From an uncultured Desulfovibrio sp. (GTDB taxonomy: Bacteria; Desulfobacterota; Desulfovibrionia; Desulfovibrionales; Desulfovibrionaceae), in the NCBI GenBank assembly GCA_944327095.1, contig CALVGM010000119.1:1-61561 (forward strand): a stretch of 61,561 bases of DNA. Reading direction: 5' to 3'. A program made the translations under genes and the position numbers. The notes under the pieces are model-generated. The model saw nothing but the letters and a program-made list of their open reading frames with translations. It searched no databases and was not told where the DNA came from. Below are positions 1 through 9,444 of this stretch, in pieces; within the stretch, counting starts at the first letter, position 1; the number at the start of each line of letters is the position of its first letter.

Positions 1-966
1 GATGGTGTGCATGCGGTTTTCCGCCTCAAGGAAGGCCTTGTTGCGCACGGACTCGAGCACGTCGTCGTTCACTTCCCTGCAGTCTACGCCGTACTTCTGG
101 TAGATCTGCTCGCCAATGGTCGTGACGCGGTTGTGGAAGGCAGGCAGTCAGTGCAAAAATCCGCAGTCCGGATTCCCGGTCATGTCCATGACCTCGCTGG
201 TCACCCTGTAGGGGGTGAGCAGCTCGATGCGTTCCTTCCACACCTCGTCCGGCTCGCCCATGGAAACCAACACGTCGGTGTAGAGGAAATCGCACCCGGC
301 AACACCGGCCTGCACGTCCTCTGTGCGCTCGATTTTCGCGCCCGAGATCTTCGCGTACTCCTGCGCCTTGGCAAAGATGTCGTCGCCTGTCCACAGGCTC
401 TTTGGCGCCACGGAGCGGAAGTTCACGCCCAGCATGGCGCACACGATCATGAGGGAGTTGCCCATGTTGTAGCGCGCGTCGCCAAGGTAGGCCATGGTAA
501 GCCCCTTGAGATGGCCCGCACACTCCTTCATGGTGAGCATGTCCGCCAGAAGCTGGGTCGGATGCCACTCGTTGGTGAGGCCGTTCCACACCGGAACCGA
601 GCTGTATCTTGCCAGTGTCTCAACCCTCTTCTGCTCGAAGCCGCGGTACTCGATGCCGTCGAAAAAGCCGCTCAAGACACGCGCGGTGTCCGCCAAAGAC
701 TCCTTCTTGCCCATCTGCGATCCGCTGGGGCCAAGGTAGGTCACGTGAGCGCCCTGGTCGTGGGCAGCCACCTCGAAGGAGCAGCGCGTTCTTGTGCTGT
801 CCTTTTCGAAAAGAAGGGCAATGTTGCGGTCCTGCATGAGCTTGGGCTCGTTGCGTGCTTTCTTGGCGGCCTTGAGACGCGCTGCCAGATCAATGAGGTA
901 CTCGAGGTCCGCAGGGGTAAAGTCTATTTCCTTGAGAAAATGCCGTCCTGACAGCCTGTTCATCAC
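1..966 (-). CDS. argF: Ornithine carbamoyltransferase, runs off the left edge; in-frame TGA at 148-150 replaces the Cys of the HCLP motif
   Basis: Motifs [22 protein letters not shown] and SMGE. After FLH-TGA the same frame continues [20 protein letters not shown]...EAENRMHTI to base 1. Confidence 0.93.
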
Positions 967-1233
967 TCGTACAAGCGCCTTTTCCCGTACGCTTGGCCGG
1001 GAGCTGGCGCCACCTCCTTATGTGTTGAGATTTTGCCCATGCCTTCAAGGGTGCTTGCGACCCTGCGGGCAGGTTCCTTGTCCCCTTGCGCCTGTCCGGG
1101 GGTTGGGGAAGCACAGCTTCCCCGACAGGACTTTTTGGGGAGTGAAAAAGGGAACATACACAGGAAAGCAGTATTTGGCAAATACTTGCGCGTCACAAAA
1201 ATGTGTCCATTGGGCAAAAAAATGCCCTCGCGC

Positions 1234-4200
1234 CTAGCCCTGCCTGCGCCTGAGCCTGGCCTTCCTTTCCTCCATGAGAAAGCGTCCGGTGATCGAGGCA
1301 GGATCCGCCACAATGCCCTCTGGCGTTCCGCAGGACACTATGCGCCCTCCCCGCTCGCCGCCGCCCGGTCCCATGTCTATGACCCAGTCCGCTGCCAGGA
1401 TGAAGTCCGTGTTGTGCTCTATGACCACCACTGTGGCACCCCTGTCCACCAGGGCGTGCAGCACACTGATGAGCTTGCCCACCTCGTGCATGTGCAGCCC
1501 GGTGGTGGGCTCATCCAGAATGTAGATCGTCCCCGGCAGGCTGCGCTTGCCAAGCTCGCGGCTGATCTTGATGCGCTGCGCCTCGCCCCCAGAGAGGGTA
1601 GTGGCTGCCTGTCCCAGCTGTATGTAGCCAAGGCCCACGTCCTCCAGCACGCCAAGGCGGCGCTCCAGGGAGGGGTAGCTCGCGAAGAAGGTTCTTGCCT
1701 GGCTCACTGTCAGATCCAGTACCTCGGAAATGTTGAGGCCCTTGTAGCGCACCTGCAGGGTCTCGTGGTTGTAGCGCTTGCCGTGGCAGACGTCGCAGGT
1801 TACGTACACGTCCGGCAAAAAGTGCATCTCCACCTGTATCTGGCCGTCGCCCTTGCAGGTCTCGCAGCGCCCGCCAGGCACGTTAAAGCTGAAGCGCCCG
1901 GGCGTGTAGCCCTTGCGCCTGGCGTCCGGGGTCATGGCAAAGATGTTGCGTATCTCGTCAAAGACCTTGGTGTAGGTGGCCGGATTGGACCTGGGCGTCC
2001 TTCCTATGGGCGTCTGGTCAATGGCCACCACCCGCTCCACTGCCTCCGCACCCTCCATGCCGGCTATGGTGCCGGGATTGTCCACGCGCAGGCCCTGGCG
2101 CAGGCACAAATGCTTGTAGAGCGTGTCTACCACAAGGGAGCTCTTGCCCGAGCCGGACACGCCGGTCACGCAGGTGAGCACGCCCAGGGGAAAGGACACG
2201 TCCATGCCCTGCAGGTTGTTGGTGCTCACCTTTTTGAGCACAATCTCGCCCCTGGGGCTTCTGCGCTCCTCTGGCATGGGCACGCTCATGTCCCCGCGCA
2301 GATACCTGGCTGTGAGGGTGTCGCTGCGCAAAAGGCTTGGCACAGAGCCCTCGAAGGTCACGTTGCCGCCCTGTATGCCGGACCCCGGGCCAAGCTCTAT
2401 GACCGTGTCCGCCTCGCAGATGGTGGACTCGTCGTGTTCCACAACAAGGACCGTGTTGCCCCGCCGCTGCAGGGAGCGCAGGGTCTGCAAAAGGCGCTCG
2501 TTGTCGCGCGGGTGCAGGCCTATGGAGGGTTCGTCGAGCACATAGGTCACGCCCACAAGACCTGCCCCGAGCTGGGAGGCAAGACGTATGCGCTGGGCTT
2601 CCCCGCCAGAGAGCGTCACCATGGATCTGGCAAGCGAGAGGTACTCCAGGCCCACGTTCTGCAAAAATCCCAGCCTGTGGCGCAATTCCTTCAGGAGAGG
2701 ATCCGCGATGAGCGCCCAGCGTCCCCCAAAGTGCAGGCCATCGAGCCAGGCTATCTCCCGTTCCACGGACAGGGCGCAAAACTGCGCTATGTTCAGGCCT
2801 TCCACGCGCACGGACAGGGCCTCGGGCTTGAGACGCGCCCCGTGGCAGTCCGGGCAGTCCGTAGTCTGGCGAAAGCGCGCAAGCTCGTCGCGCCAGGCGT
2901 CCCCGTACTGCATGCCCTGCTCAAGCAGGGGCACCACCCCAGGCCAGCGATCCTTTGTGACAGTCAGATTCACGTCCCTGGCAAAGTCGAAGTGATCCGA
3001 CTGGTAGTCCCCCTTGGCGTAGATGGCAACGCTTCCTCCCATCCAGTTGCGGCGCAGGCCTGGAGAGCGCGTGGCAGGCCTGCCCTGGGCGTCCTCGCCA
3101 AAGAACAGGGCAAGCCAGGCGTCTTCGGCAAGGGATTCCAGGGGGGTATCCAGGGTAAAGCTGTGCCTTTGGCCAAGGGCTGCCAGGGCAGCCTCGTAGC
3201 GGGCAAAAACCTTTTTGTCCGCCCAGGGCAGAAGGGCTCCGCCCTTCAGGGAAAGCCCCCTGTTGGGAGCTATGAGGCGCGGCTCGAAGTAGTCTATGGT
3301 GCCAAGGCCCACGCAGCGAGGGCAGGCCCCCTGGGGTGTGTTGAAGGAAAAGAGCTGGGGACTTGGGGCAGGCATGGAAATGTGGCACACTGGGCAGGCC
3401 GAGGTGGTGGAATAGAGCCTGTCCTGCTCGCCCTGGGGCTTGTCCGGGCAGTGGAGCACAAGCTGTCCGCCGGCTTCCCTGAGAGCCAGTTCCACGGATT
3501 CGGCAAGGCGCGATCGCACGCCCTCGCGGACCACCAGCCTGTCCACCACAAGGTCCAGGCTGTGCTTGCGGTTCTTGTCCAGGGCAGGCACATCGTCAAT
3601 GGTGTACATGACCCCGTCCACGCGCACTCTGGCAAAGCCCCTGGCCCTGAGCTTCTTTAGCCTGTCCGCCTGGGTGCCCTTCTGCATCTCGACCAGGGGA
3701 GCCATGACAATGATCTTGGTTCCCTCCTCCAGGCTCAGGATTTCCTCCAGAATCTCGTCCGTGGACCTGGCCTCTATGGAACGCCCGCATTTGGGGCAGA
3801 AGACCTTGCCGAGCCTGGCAAAGAAAACGCGCAAAAAGTCGTATATTTCCGTCACGGTGCCCACAGTGGAGCGGGGATTGTGGGAGGTTGTGCTCTGTTC
3901 GAGGCTTATGGCAGGCGTCAGGCCCTCGATCTTGCCCACATCCGGCTTGTCCATCTTGGGCAGGAACTGCCTTGCGTAGGCGGAGAGACTTTCCACGTAG
4001 CGCCTCTGGCCTTCCGCGTAGACAATGTCAAAGGCCAGCGTGGACTTGCCCGAACCCGAGGGGCCACAGATGACCACCAGCTCGTCGCGGGGAATGTCCA
4101 GAGAAATGTCGTGCAGATTGTGCTGGCGTGCGTGCTCTATGTGGATGCAGCGCATGGGAGTGGCCGCGCGGGAGGGCTCTGCCCCTTCTGTGTTCGCGCC

Positions 4201-4260
4201 CTGCTGCGCCACGTTGCACGCTCCCTGTATTTCCTGTGTCTTGCGAGTTTCCTGTGTCAT
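1234..4260 (-). CDS. uvrA: Excinuclease ABC subunit A
   Basis: Two ABC modules (GPSGSGKS, GVSGSGKS, LSGGEAQR twice), EGQRRYVESLS motif and Zn-finger CxxC pairs. Start codon uncertain (4290, 4260 or later). Confidence 0.97.
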   Translation of the reverse strand: MTQETRKTQEIQGACNVAQQGANTEGAEPSRAATPMRCIHIEHARQHNLHDISLDIPRDELVVICGPSGSGKSTLAFDIVYAEGQRRYVESLSAYARQFLPKMDKPDVGKIEGLTPAISLEQSTTSHNPRSTVGTVTEIYDFLRVFFARLGKVFCPKCGRSIEARSTDEILEEILSLEEGTKIIVMAPLVEMQKGTQADRLKKLRARGFARVRVDGVMYTIDDVPALDKNRKHSLDLVVDRLVVREGVRSRLAESVELALREAGGQLVLHCPDKPQGEQDRLYSTTSACPVCHISMPAPSPQLFSFNTPQGACPRCVGLGTIDYFEPRLIAPNRGLSLKGGALLPWADKKVFARYEAALAALGQRHSFTLDTPLESLAEDAWLALFFGEDAQGRPATRSPGLRRNWMGGSVAIYAKGDYQSDHFDFARDVNLTVTKDRWPGVVPLLEQGMQYGDAWRDELARFRQTTDCPDCHGARLKPEALSVRVEGLNIAQFCALSVEREIAWLDGLHFGGRWALIADPLLKELRHRLGFLQNVGLEYLSLARSMVTLSGGEAQRIRLASQLGAGLVGVTYVLDEPSIGLHPRDNERLLQTLRSLQRRGNTVLVVEHDESTICEADTVIELGPGSGIQGGNVTFEGSVPSLLRSDTLTARYLRGDMSVPMPEERRSPRGEIVLKKVSTNNLQGMDVSFPLGVLTCVTGVSGSGKSSLVVDTLYKHLCLRQGLRVDNPGTIAGMEGAEAVERVVAIDQTPIGRTPRSNPATYTKVFDEIRNIFAMTPDARRKGYTPGRFSFNVPGGRCETCKGDGQIQVEMHFLPDVYVTCDVCHGKRYNHETLQVRYKGLNISEVLDLTVSQARTFFASYPSLERRLGVLEDVGLGYIQLGQAATTLSGGEAQRIKISRELGKRSLPGTIYILDEPTTGLHMHEVGKLISVLHALVDRGATVVVIEHNTDFILAADWVIDMGPGGGERGGRIVSCGTPEGIVADPASITGRFLMEERKARLRRRQG

Positions 4261-4389
4261 GACATCTCTCGGCGCTGGCCCTTGCCTCATGCAATGGACG
4301 CGCCGTCTCCCTTGATTGCTCTACTGTGCGCCTGTCCCTGAAAATTGCCGTGCCCTTGGGCCTCTTTCCCGCAGGCTGGATCCCTTGGG

Positions 4390-4974
4390 CTAGCGCTCGC
4401 ACCAGTCCGCTAGTTTTGCCTCGTAGGTAGCCGGATCGTAGCGGCAGGCATCGTACATGCCAGCCAGCTCCCTCTGCCTGCTGGCCTCGGCCAGGATAAT
4501 GGCCGCGGCAACCGAGACATTGAAGCTCTGGATCATGCCGTACATGGGGATGTAGAGCTCGCCAGTGGCTATGTTCGCAAGCTCTGGCGCCACGCCGCTG
4601 TGCTCGTTGCCAAGGACTATGGCCATGGGCTTTGTAAAATCGTAGGAGCGCAGGGGCCTGGACGTGGGCGTGCAGTCCGTGACCAGGATCTGATAGCCCT
4701 CAAGGGCCTCCTTAAGCTCTGCCTCGTTTCTGTGGCGTACGGTGCCCACCCACTTGCGGGCAGAGGCCGAGGATTTGCGCCCGAGCAGCGGAAAGGCCGT
4801 GTCCGTGTAGTACAGATGCACGGCTTCCACCCCGAAGGCGTCACAGGAGCGGTAGATGGCGGAGACATTGTGGGGATCGTGTATGTTGGCCAGCACCAGG
4901 GTGAGGTCGGGCTGCCTGTGCTGCAGGACCCTGGCCATCTTCTCGCGCCGCCTCTGTGTAGGTATTTTTGGCAT
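4390..4974 (-). CDS. trmH: tRNA (guanosine-2'-O)-methyltransferase, SpoU/TrmH family
   Basis: Motifs DPHNVSAIYRSCDAFG, VLGNEHSG and IPMYGMIQSFNVSVAAAIIL. ATG at 4974 with AGGAG RBS. Confidence 0.88.
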   Translation of the reverse strand: MPKIPTQRRREKMARVLQHRQPDLTLVLANIHDPHNVSAIYRSCDAFGVEAVHLYYTDTAFPLLGRKSSASARKWVGTVRHRNEAELKEALEGYQILVTDCTPTSRPLRSYDFTKPMAIVLGNEHSGVAPELANIATGELYIPMYGMIQSFNVSVAAAIILAEASRQRELAGMYDACRYDPATYEAKLADWCER

Positions 4975-5208
4975 GTTCTGCTCCTGTGCCTTGGGGGATG
5001 TCGCGCCGGGGGAAAGCTCTCTTTCCTGCGCGTGCAGGTATTCCATGGAAGGGTGAAGGTTGTGACCATGTACGCCATGGAGGCCGGTCAGGCAAATACT
5101 GTGATTCGTTCCCCCGCGCAACAAAAAAGGCTGCCCGGCCAGCCCCAAAAAAGCAAAGGGCCCCCGATGGACAAGACCGGGAGCCCATGGACAGGAAGGA
5201 AGTCCTTG

Positions 5209-6636
5209 CTAGAAGAAAATAAGGGTCACGATGAGGAAGAGCGGGATGAGGATGCCGCAGGACCACATCATGTAGCCAAAGAAGCTGGGCATGGGAACGC
5301 CGCGCTCTTCGGCAATGGAGCGCACCATGAAGTTGGGCGCGTTGCCGATGTAGGTGTTGGCTCCCATGAACACGGCGCCAGCGGAAATGGCAATCAGGGT
5401 GTCGGTCATGGTGTGCATGAGCACCTGCGGATCGCCACCGGCGGTGTTGAAGAACACCACATAGGTCGGAGCGTTGTCAAGGAAGCTCGACAGCGCGCCT
5501 GTGAGCCAGAAGAAGGCCGCGTTCACGGGCTGCCCATCGTGGAAGACCATGTTGATAAGGCCTGCCAGGGCTCCGTCCGTGCCAGCGCGCAAAATGGCGA
5601 TGGCCGGAATCATGGACAGGAAGATGCCGAAGAAGAGCTTGCCCACTTCCAGGATGGGGCCCCAGGTAAAGCCGTTGAGCTCGCGGCTCTCTCTTGGAGT
5701 CATCTTCCAGGACAGCCAGGCTATAACAAGCAGGACCACGTCGCGCAGGGTGCCGGAGGTGGAGATGTGTATGCCCATGATGGAGCCAAGCTCGCCAAGG
5801 TCCACGATGCCGGAGATGAGCACTGCCAGCACGATGCCCAGGAGCAGAATCAGGTTGACCTTGCCCTCGAGGCCGAGCTTTTCCTCTGCGGCATTGGGAT
5901 CATGGGGCGGAGTGGGGGAACCTTCCTTCTTGTAGAGGATGGTGTCGATGACAAAGTAGATGCCGAGCAGGCACACGGTCATGAAGCAGGTCTTCAGGAA
6001 GAGGTGCTGCAGGGTCCAGAAGAAGTCCACGCCCTTGAGGTAGCCAAGAAAGAGCGGCGGGTCGCCGAGAGGCGTCAGGGAGCCGCCTATGTTGGCCACA
6101 AGGAAAATGAAGAAGACCACCTGGTGCACGCGGTACTTGCGGTGGGCATTGGCGCGCAAGAGGGGACGGATGAGCAGCATGGCAGCGCCCGTGGTGCCCA
6201 TCCAGCTTGCCAGCACTGTGCCTGTGAGCAAAAGCCCTGTGTTCACGGCCGGTGTGCCCACAAGGGAGCCCTTGAGGCGCACGCCGCCAGCCACTGTGAA
6301 CAGGGAAAACAAAAGGACAATAAAGGGGATGTACTCGAGCAGGATGGAGTGCAGGCCCTCGTAGAGGGCTGTGTCAAAGCCATAGACAATGGCACAGGGC
6401 ACCAGGAAGGCCATGCCCCAGAACACGGCCACCTTGCCGAAGTGATGTTCCCAGAAATGGGCAAAGAACAGGGGGCCAAGGGCAATGGAGAGCAGCATGC
6501 AGGCAAAGGGCACTGCCCAGAGGACGGACAGTTCCGCGCCCGGGATATGGGGCAGGCCCTCGGAGGCCTCGGCCAGACCGGGCAGCAGGGTCAGGATTGC
6601 CAGCACAAGTCCCGACAACAGGGTCAAACGTTTCAT
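5209..6636 (-). CDS. Ion transporter (IT) superfamily permease, putative Na+/H+ antiporter or citrate-transporter-like
   Basis: Many TM helices; motifs ANIGGSLTPLGDPPLFLG, LSSFLDNAPTY and TYIGNAPNFMV. ATG at 6636 with GAGGAGG RBS. Confidence 0.8.
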   Translation of the reverse strand: MKRLTLLSGLVLAILTLLPGLAEASEGLPHIPGAELSVLWAVPFACMLLSIALGPLFFAHFWEHHFGKVAVFWGMAFLVPCAIVYGFDTALYEGLHSILLEYIPFIVLLFSLFTVAGGVRLKGSLVGTPAVNTGLLLTGTVLASWMGTTGAAMLLIRPLLRANAHRKYRVHQVVFFIFLVANIGGSLTPLGDPPLFLGYLKGVDFFWTLQHLFLKTCFMTVCLLGIYFVIDTILYKKEGSPTPPHDPNAAEEKLGLEGKVNLILLLGIVLAVLISGIVDLGELGSIMGIHISTSGTLRDVVLLVIAWLSWKMTPRESRELNGFTWGPILEVGKLFFGIFLSMIPAIAILRAGTDGALAGLINMVFHDGQPVNAAFFWLTGALSSFLDNAPTYVVFFNTAGGDPQVLMHTMTDTLIAISAGAVFMGANTYIGNAPNFMVRSIAEERGVPMPSFFGYMMWSCGILIPLFLIVTLIFF

Positions 6637-7058
6637 AAGTATAAAAAACCTCCTCGGGGTGGATGCCACGCCGGGCTTCAAAGCCGTGTGCCGGCCTCGC
6701 TCTGTCGAGAGTACAAGTCAGCGCACCTGACTTATTTGTACCTTAGTGGACTGCCCAGAAAAGTCAACGTCATTTCCCGGACAGGAGGCATTCTTTGCAG
6801 GAATGAAACATTTGTTCCCCTTTTCACAAAACAATCCCGGGAACAAAAGCGCCCTTCATTTTCTTTGAGAAGACGCTTTTTGCTGCAATTCTCCTTTCTG
6901 TCAGCGTGTATATCCATGGCATGGGTCAAAAGACTTGGGCCCATCTTCCTCATTCTCTCCCAAAAACAAGAGACCCCGCAGTGGCTATTGCAGGGTCTGG
7001 CTGGTCTTGTCCTGTGATCTTCAGGCAGAAGATCCGGGCTTCGATCTCCTTCCCGGGG

Positions 7059-8207
7059 CTAGAGCAGGGACATGAATTGCATGTAGGAAAAGAGAATAAG
7101 CAGGCACAGCGGGGCTGCGCCCAGCACGGTCTGTCCCCAGCCAAGGCGCAGGGCAGCCTTGCAGCCCACAAGCGCGCACACAAAGCTCCAGATCATGCCG
7201 GCAATGGTGCCAACGCCCGGGATGATGCAGAGGATGAGCGGAGCCTGGGCGTAGCACAAGACCTGCAGGACAACGGAAAAGTCCACCCTTGCGCGCGCGA
7301 GCAGCCGCCAGCACAGGTAGAGTATGGCCGTGTAGATGTACAGCTGCAGGCAGAGCATGACGCAGCGCAGCACAAGCCAGAAGAAAAAATTCCCCTTGCC
7401 GGAAATGAGCTCCCCGAGCTGGCGGATTTCCGGGTCCGTGGTGGTGGGCATGATGTAGTGGAAGAAGGCTATGCTCCACACATGCTCAATCACGGTCTGC
7501 AAGACGCATATGGTGAAGAAGAAGGCCAGGGCCAGCAGGGCGGATCTCGGCACTATGCCGGCAAAAAAGCGCTGCGGCGCAAACATGACGCGCAGGCAGG
7601 TCTGGTAGAGGGCAGGCACAAATTCCTGCAGGGTGCGCGCGCACTCCCAGGGATTGAAGCTCCAGCCTTCTTCGTCCTCGGTGTGCACATCCTCGGTTTG
7701 CCTGGTCTCCCTGTCCCTCGCTCCGCGCTCTTCCCTGTTCTCGACAGATGCCCTGGCTGCACCAGAGTCCCTGGCAGATTCGGTCTGTCCCGTCTCGCCT
7801 GTCTGCTGGCTGGCCCCTTCTTCCTTTTCCTTTCGTGCAAGAGGCCTTGCAAAGAGGTTTTCCTCCTGCTCGTGCACTACGGCACCAGGGGGAAGATCAT
7901 CCGCCCTTTCCTGTTCCGTGCTCCTGCTCCGCGCAGGTCCGCCCGCGCAGCCAAACTCCTGCGTGAGCTTGCCCTGCCCATCGCGCGCCTGGGGCTGCGC
8001 GTCAGGCTTGGACGCATCCTTTTTGGGCAGGGACGAGAGGCGCACAGCAGCGGGCCTGTTTTCCTGGACCTGGCCCGCTTCCTCCATGTCCCTTGAGAAG
8101 CGGAAGGTCTGGCCGCATTGCGGGCAGCGCGCTGTCACAACGCCGGTAGGAATGCGCTCGTCTGCCATTTCGCGGGTATAGCCACAGTTTGGGCAGTGTA
8201 TCTTCAT
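7059..8207 (-). CDS. N-terminal MJ0042-type zinc-ribbon + low-complexity linker + C-terminal Yip1-like membrane domain protein
   Basis: Starts MKIHCPNCG...RCPQCGQTFRF; PWE motif followed by about 5 TM helices; GGAGG RBS. Confidence 0.72.
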   Translation of the reverse strand: MKIHCPNCGYTREMADERIPTGVVTARCPQCGQTFRFSRDMEEAGQVQENRPAAVRLSSLPKKDASKPDAQPQARDGQGKLTQEFGCAGGPARSRSTEQERADDLPPGAVVHEQEENLFARPLARKEKEEGASQQTGETGQTESARDSGAARASVENREERGARDRETRQTEDVHTEDEEGWSFNPWECARTLQEFVPALYQTCLRVMFAPQRFFAGIVPRSALLALAFFFTICVLQTVIEHVWSIAFFHYIMPTTTDPEIRQLGELISGKGNFFFWLVLRCVMLCLQLYIYTAILYLCWRLLARARVDFSVVLQVLCYAQAPLILCIIPGVGTIAGMIWSFVCALVGCKAALRLGWGQTVLGAAPLCLLILFSYMQFMSLL

Positions 8208-8304
8208 ATGGCCTCCTCGGGGCCGGCAGGAAATGGGGTCCAAAATCCGAAAGACTGGCCAGCTGCCCGCAGGGTGTGCATGCAGGCCCGCTCCCAGGGA
8301 TGCT

Positions 8305-9363
8305 CTAGCCCTGACCCGAGCACAGCCTGCGCACTGCCCTTGCCTTGGCAAATATCTGTTCGAAATCCGGGCTCGACGCATGGGTCGAATGCCTGCGCAT
8401 TTCCTCAAGGCCTGCCAGACCGTCGCTCACCAGTTTCTCGACCTCGGCAAAGGTGTACTCGCCCTTCTTGATGCGCAGAAGCTCCTGCGCGCAGGCAAGC
8501 GGATAGTGCAGGCTTCCGGTGCGCAAGAGTTCCTCCTGCTGGCGTATGGCGCGCACAGCGTGGGACATGGCCTTCCAGTCTATGTCCCTGTTCTGCCTGG
8601 CAAGCTCAATGCGCTCCATGTTGGGCTGCAGGGTCTTTTGCAGGCGGGGAATGACCTCGTCCACCCTTGTGCGGCCCATGTGACACTGCTCGGCCAGGAC
8701 AAGGCCCCTGTCCTCGGCCAGCTTGCAGTACTGCGGGGTGGCTATGCGCGCGACAATGTCCTCCGCCACGTCTTCCAGGCGCTTTCTGCCGTCCTCCCCT
8801 TCCAGAAGACGCAGCACCCGGTAGAGCACGCCAAGGCGTGTGCCGGCCATGCCGTAGCTCTTGCCCTGGCCCTGGCAGTAGGCAAGGCATCCTGTGCCGT
8901 TGGAAAGGTTCAGAAAGGTCAGGGGGCTGTCAAACACTTCCTTCATGGCCGGGTGGCAGTAGAGGGTGCAGGAGGGGTTGGTCGGTGCATAGAGCAGATC
9001 CAGGGCCCCGGTGTTGCCCAGAGGCAGCATCTGGCACAGCCAGCGTTCCAGGGGAAAGAGATCCATGTCCTCGTCCCTTGGGCCATTCTTGTGCTCGGCA
9101 GTTCCCGTTGTGCTGTGCACGCCCCTTTGCATGCAGGCCTCTTCCAGGGTGGCTGGCGCTGTCATGGGCAAAAAGACGCCGCGCACATCCGTGTCCGATA
9201 TGCCCTCGACTCTGGTGCCGTAGAGATCCGAGCCAAATCTGGTCAGAAAAAGCAGTCTGCCCCTGCCCTGCAGCAGGTCCGTCGCCTTTTGTATCAAGTT
9301 GTCCATGCTTTCTGGCGCAGGCCCCGGGTTCCCTTGGGTATCCACAGACCTCTTGCGCGCCAC
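8305..9363 (-). CDS. DNA polymerase-beta superfamily nucleotidyltransferase (PF10127-like, phage T4 NrdC.11-type)
   Basis: GSDLYGT...SDTDVRGVF catalytic motif; C-terminal DWKAMSHAVR...ELLRTG...YPL...LLRIKKG. Start is GTG 9363 or ATG 9306. Confidence 0.78.
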   Translation of the reverse strand: MARKRSVDTQGNPGPAPESMDNLIQKATDLLQGRGRLLFLTRFGSDLYGTRVEGISDTDVRGVFLPMTAPATLEEACMQRGVHSTTGTAEHKNGPRDEDMDLFPLERWLCQMLPLGNTGALDLLYAPTNPSCTLYCHPAMKEVFDSPLTFLNLSNGTGCLAYCQGQGKSYGMAGTRLGVLYRVLRLLEGEDGRKRLEDVAEDIVARIATPQYCKLAEDRGLVLAEQCHMGRTRVDEVIPRLQKTLQPNMERIELARQNRDIDWKAMSHAVRAIRQQEELLRTGSLHYPLACAQELLRIKKGEYTFAEVEKLVSDGLAGLEEMRRHSTHASSPDFEQIFAKARAVRRLCSGQG

Positions 9364-9444
9364 CTCCTGAAAATATTTGCAATGGGCCGCGCCCTGGCGG
9401 CCCTGATCCCTGTCATATGCCTGCCCCTTTGCAGGGGCGATACT

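Noticed and set aside
1033-3660. 875-aa plus-strand ORF, and similar long antisense ORFs (4600-7017, 11393-13984, 22344-24059, 24416-26587, 34610-36484, 47135-49465)
   Set aside because: Shadow ORFs opposite well-supported genes in GC-rich DNA; no recognisable motifs.
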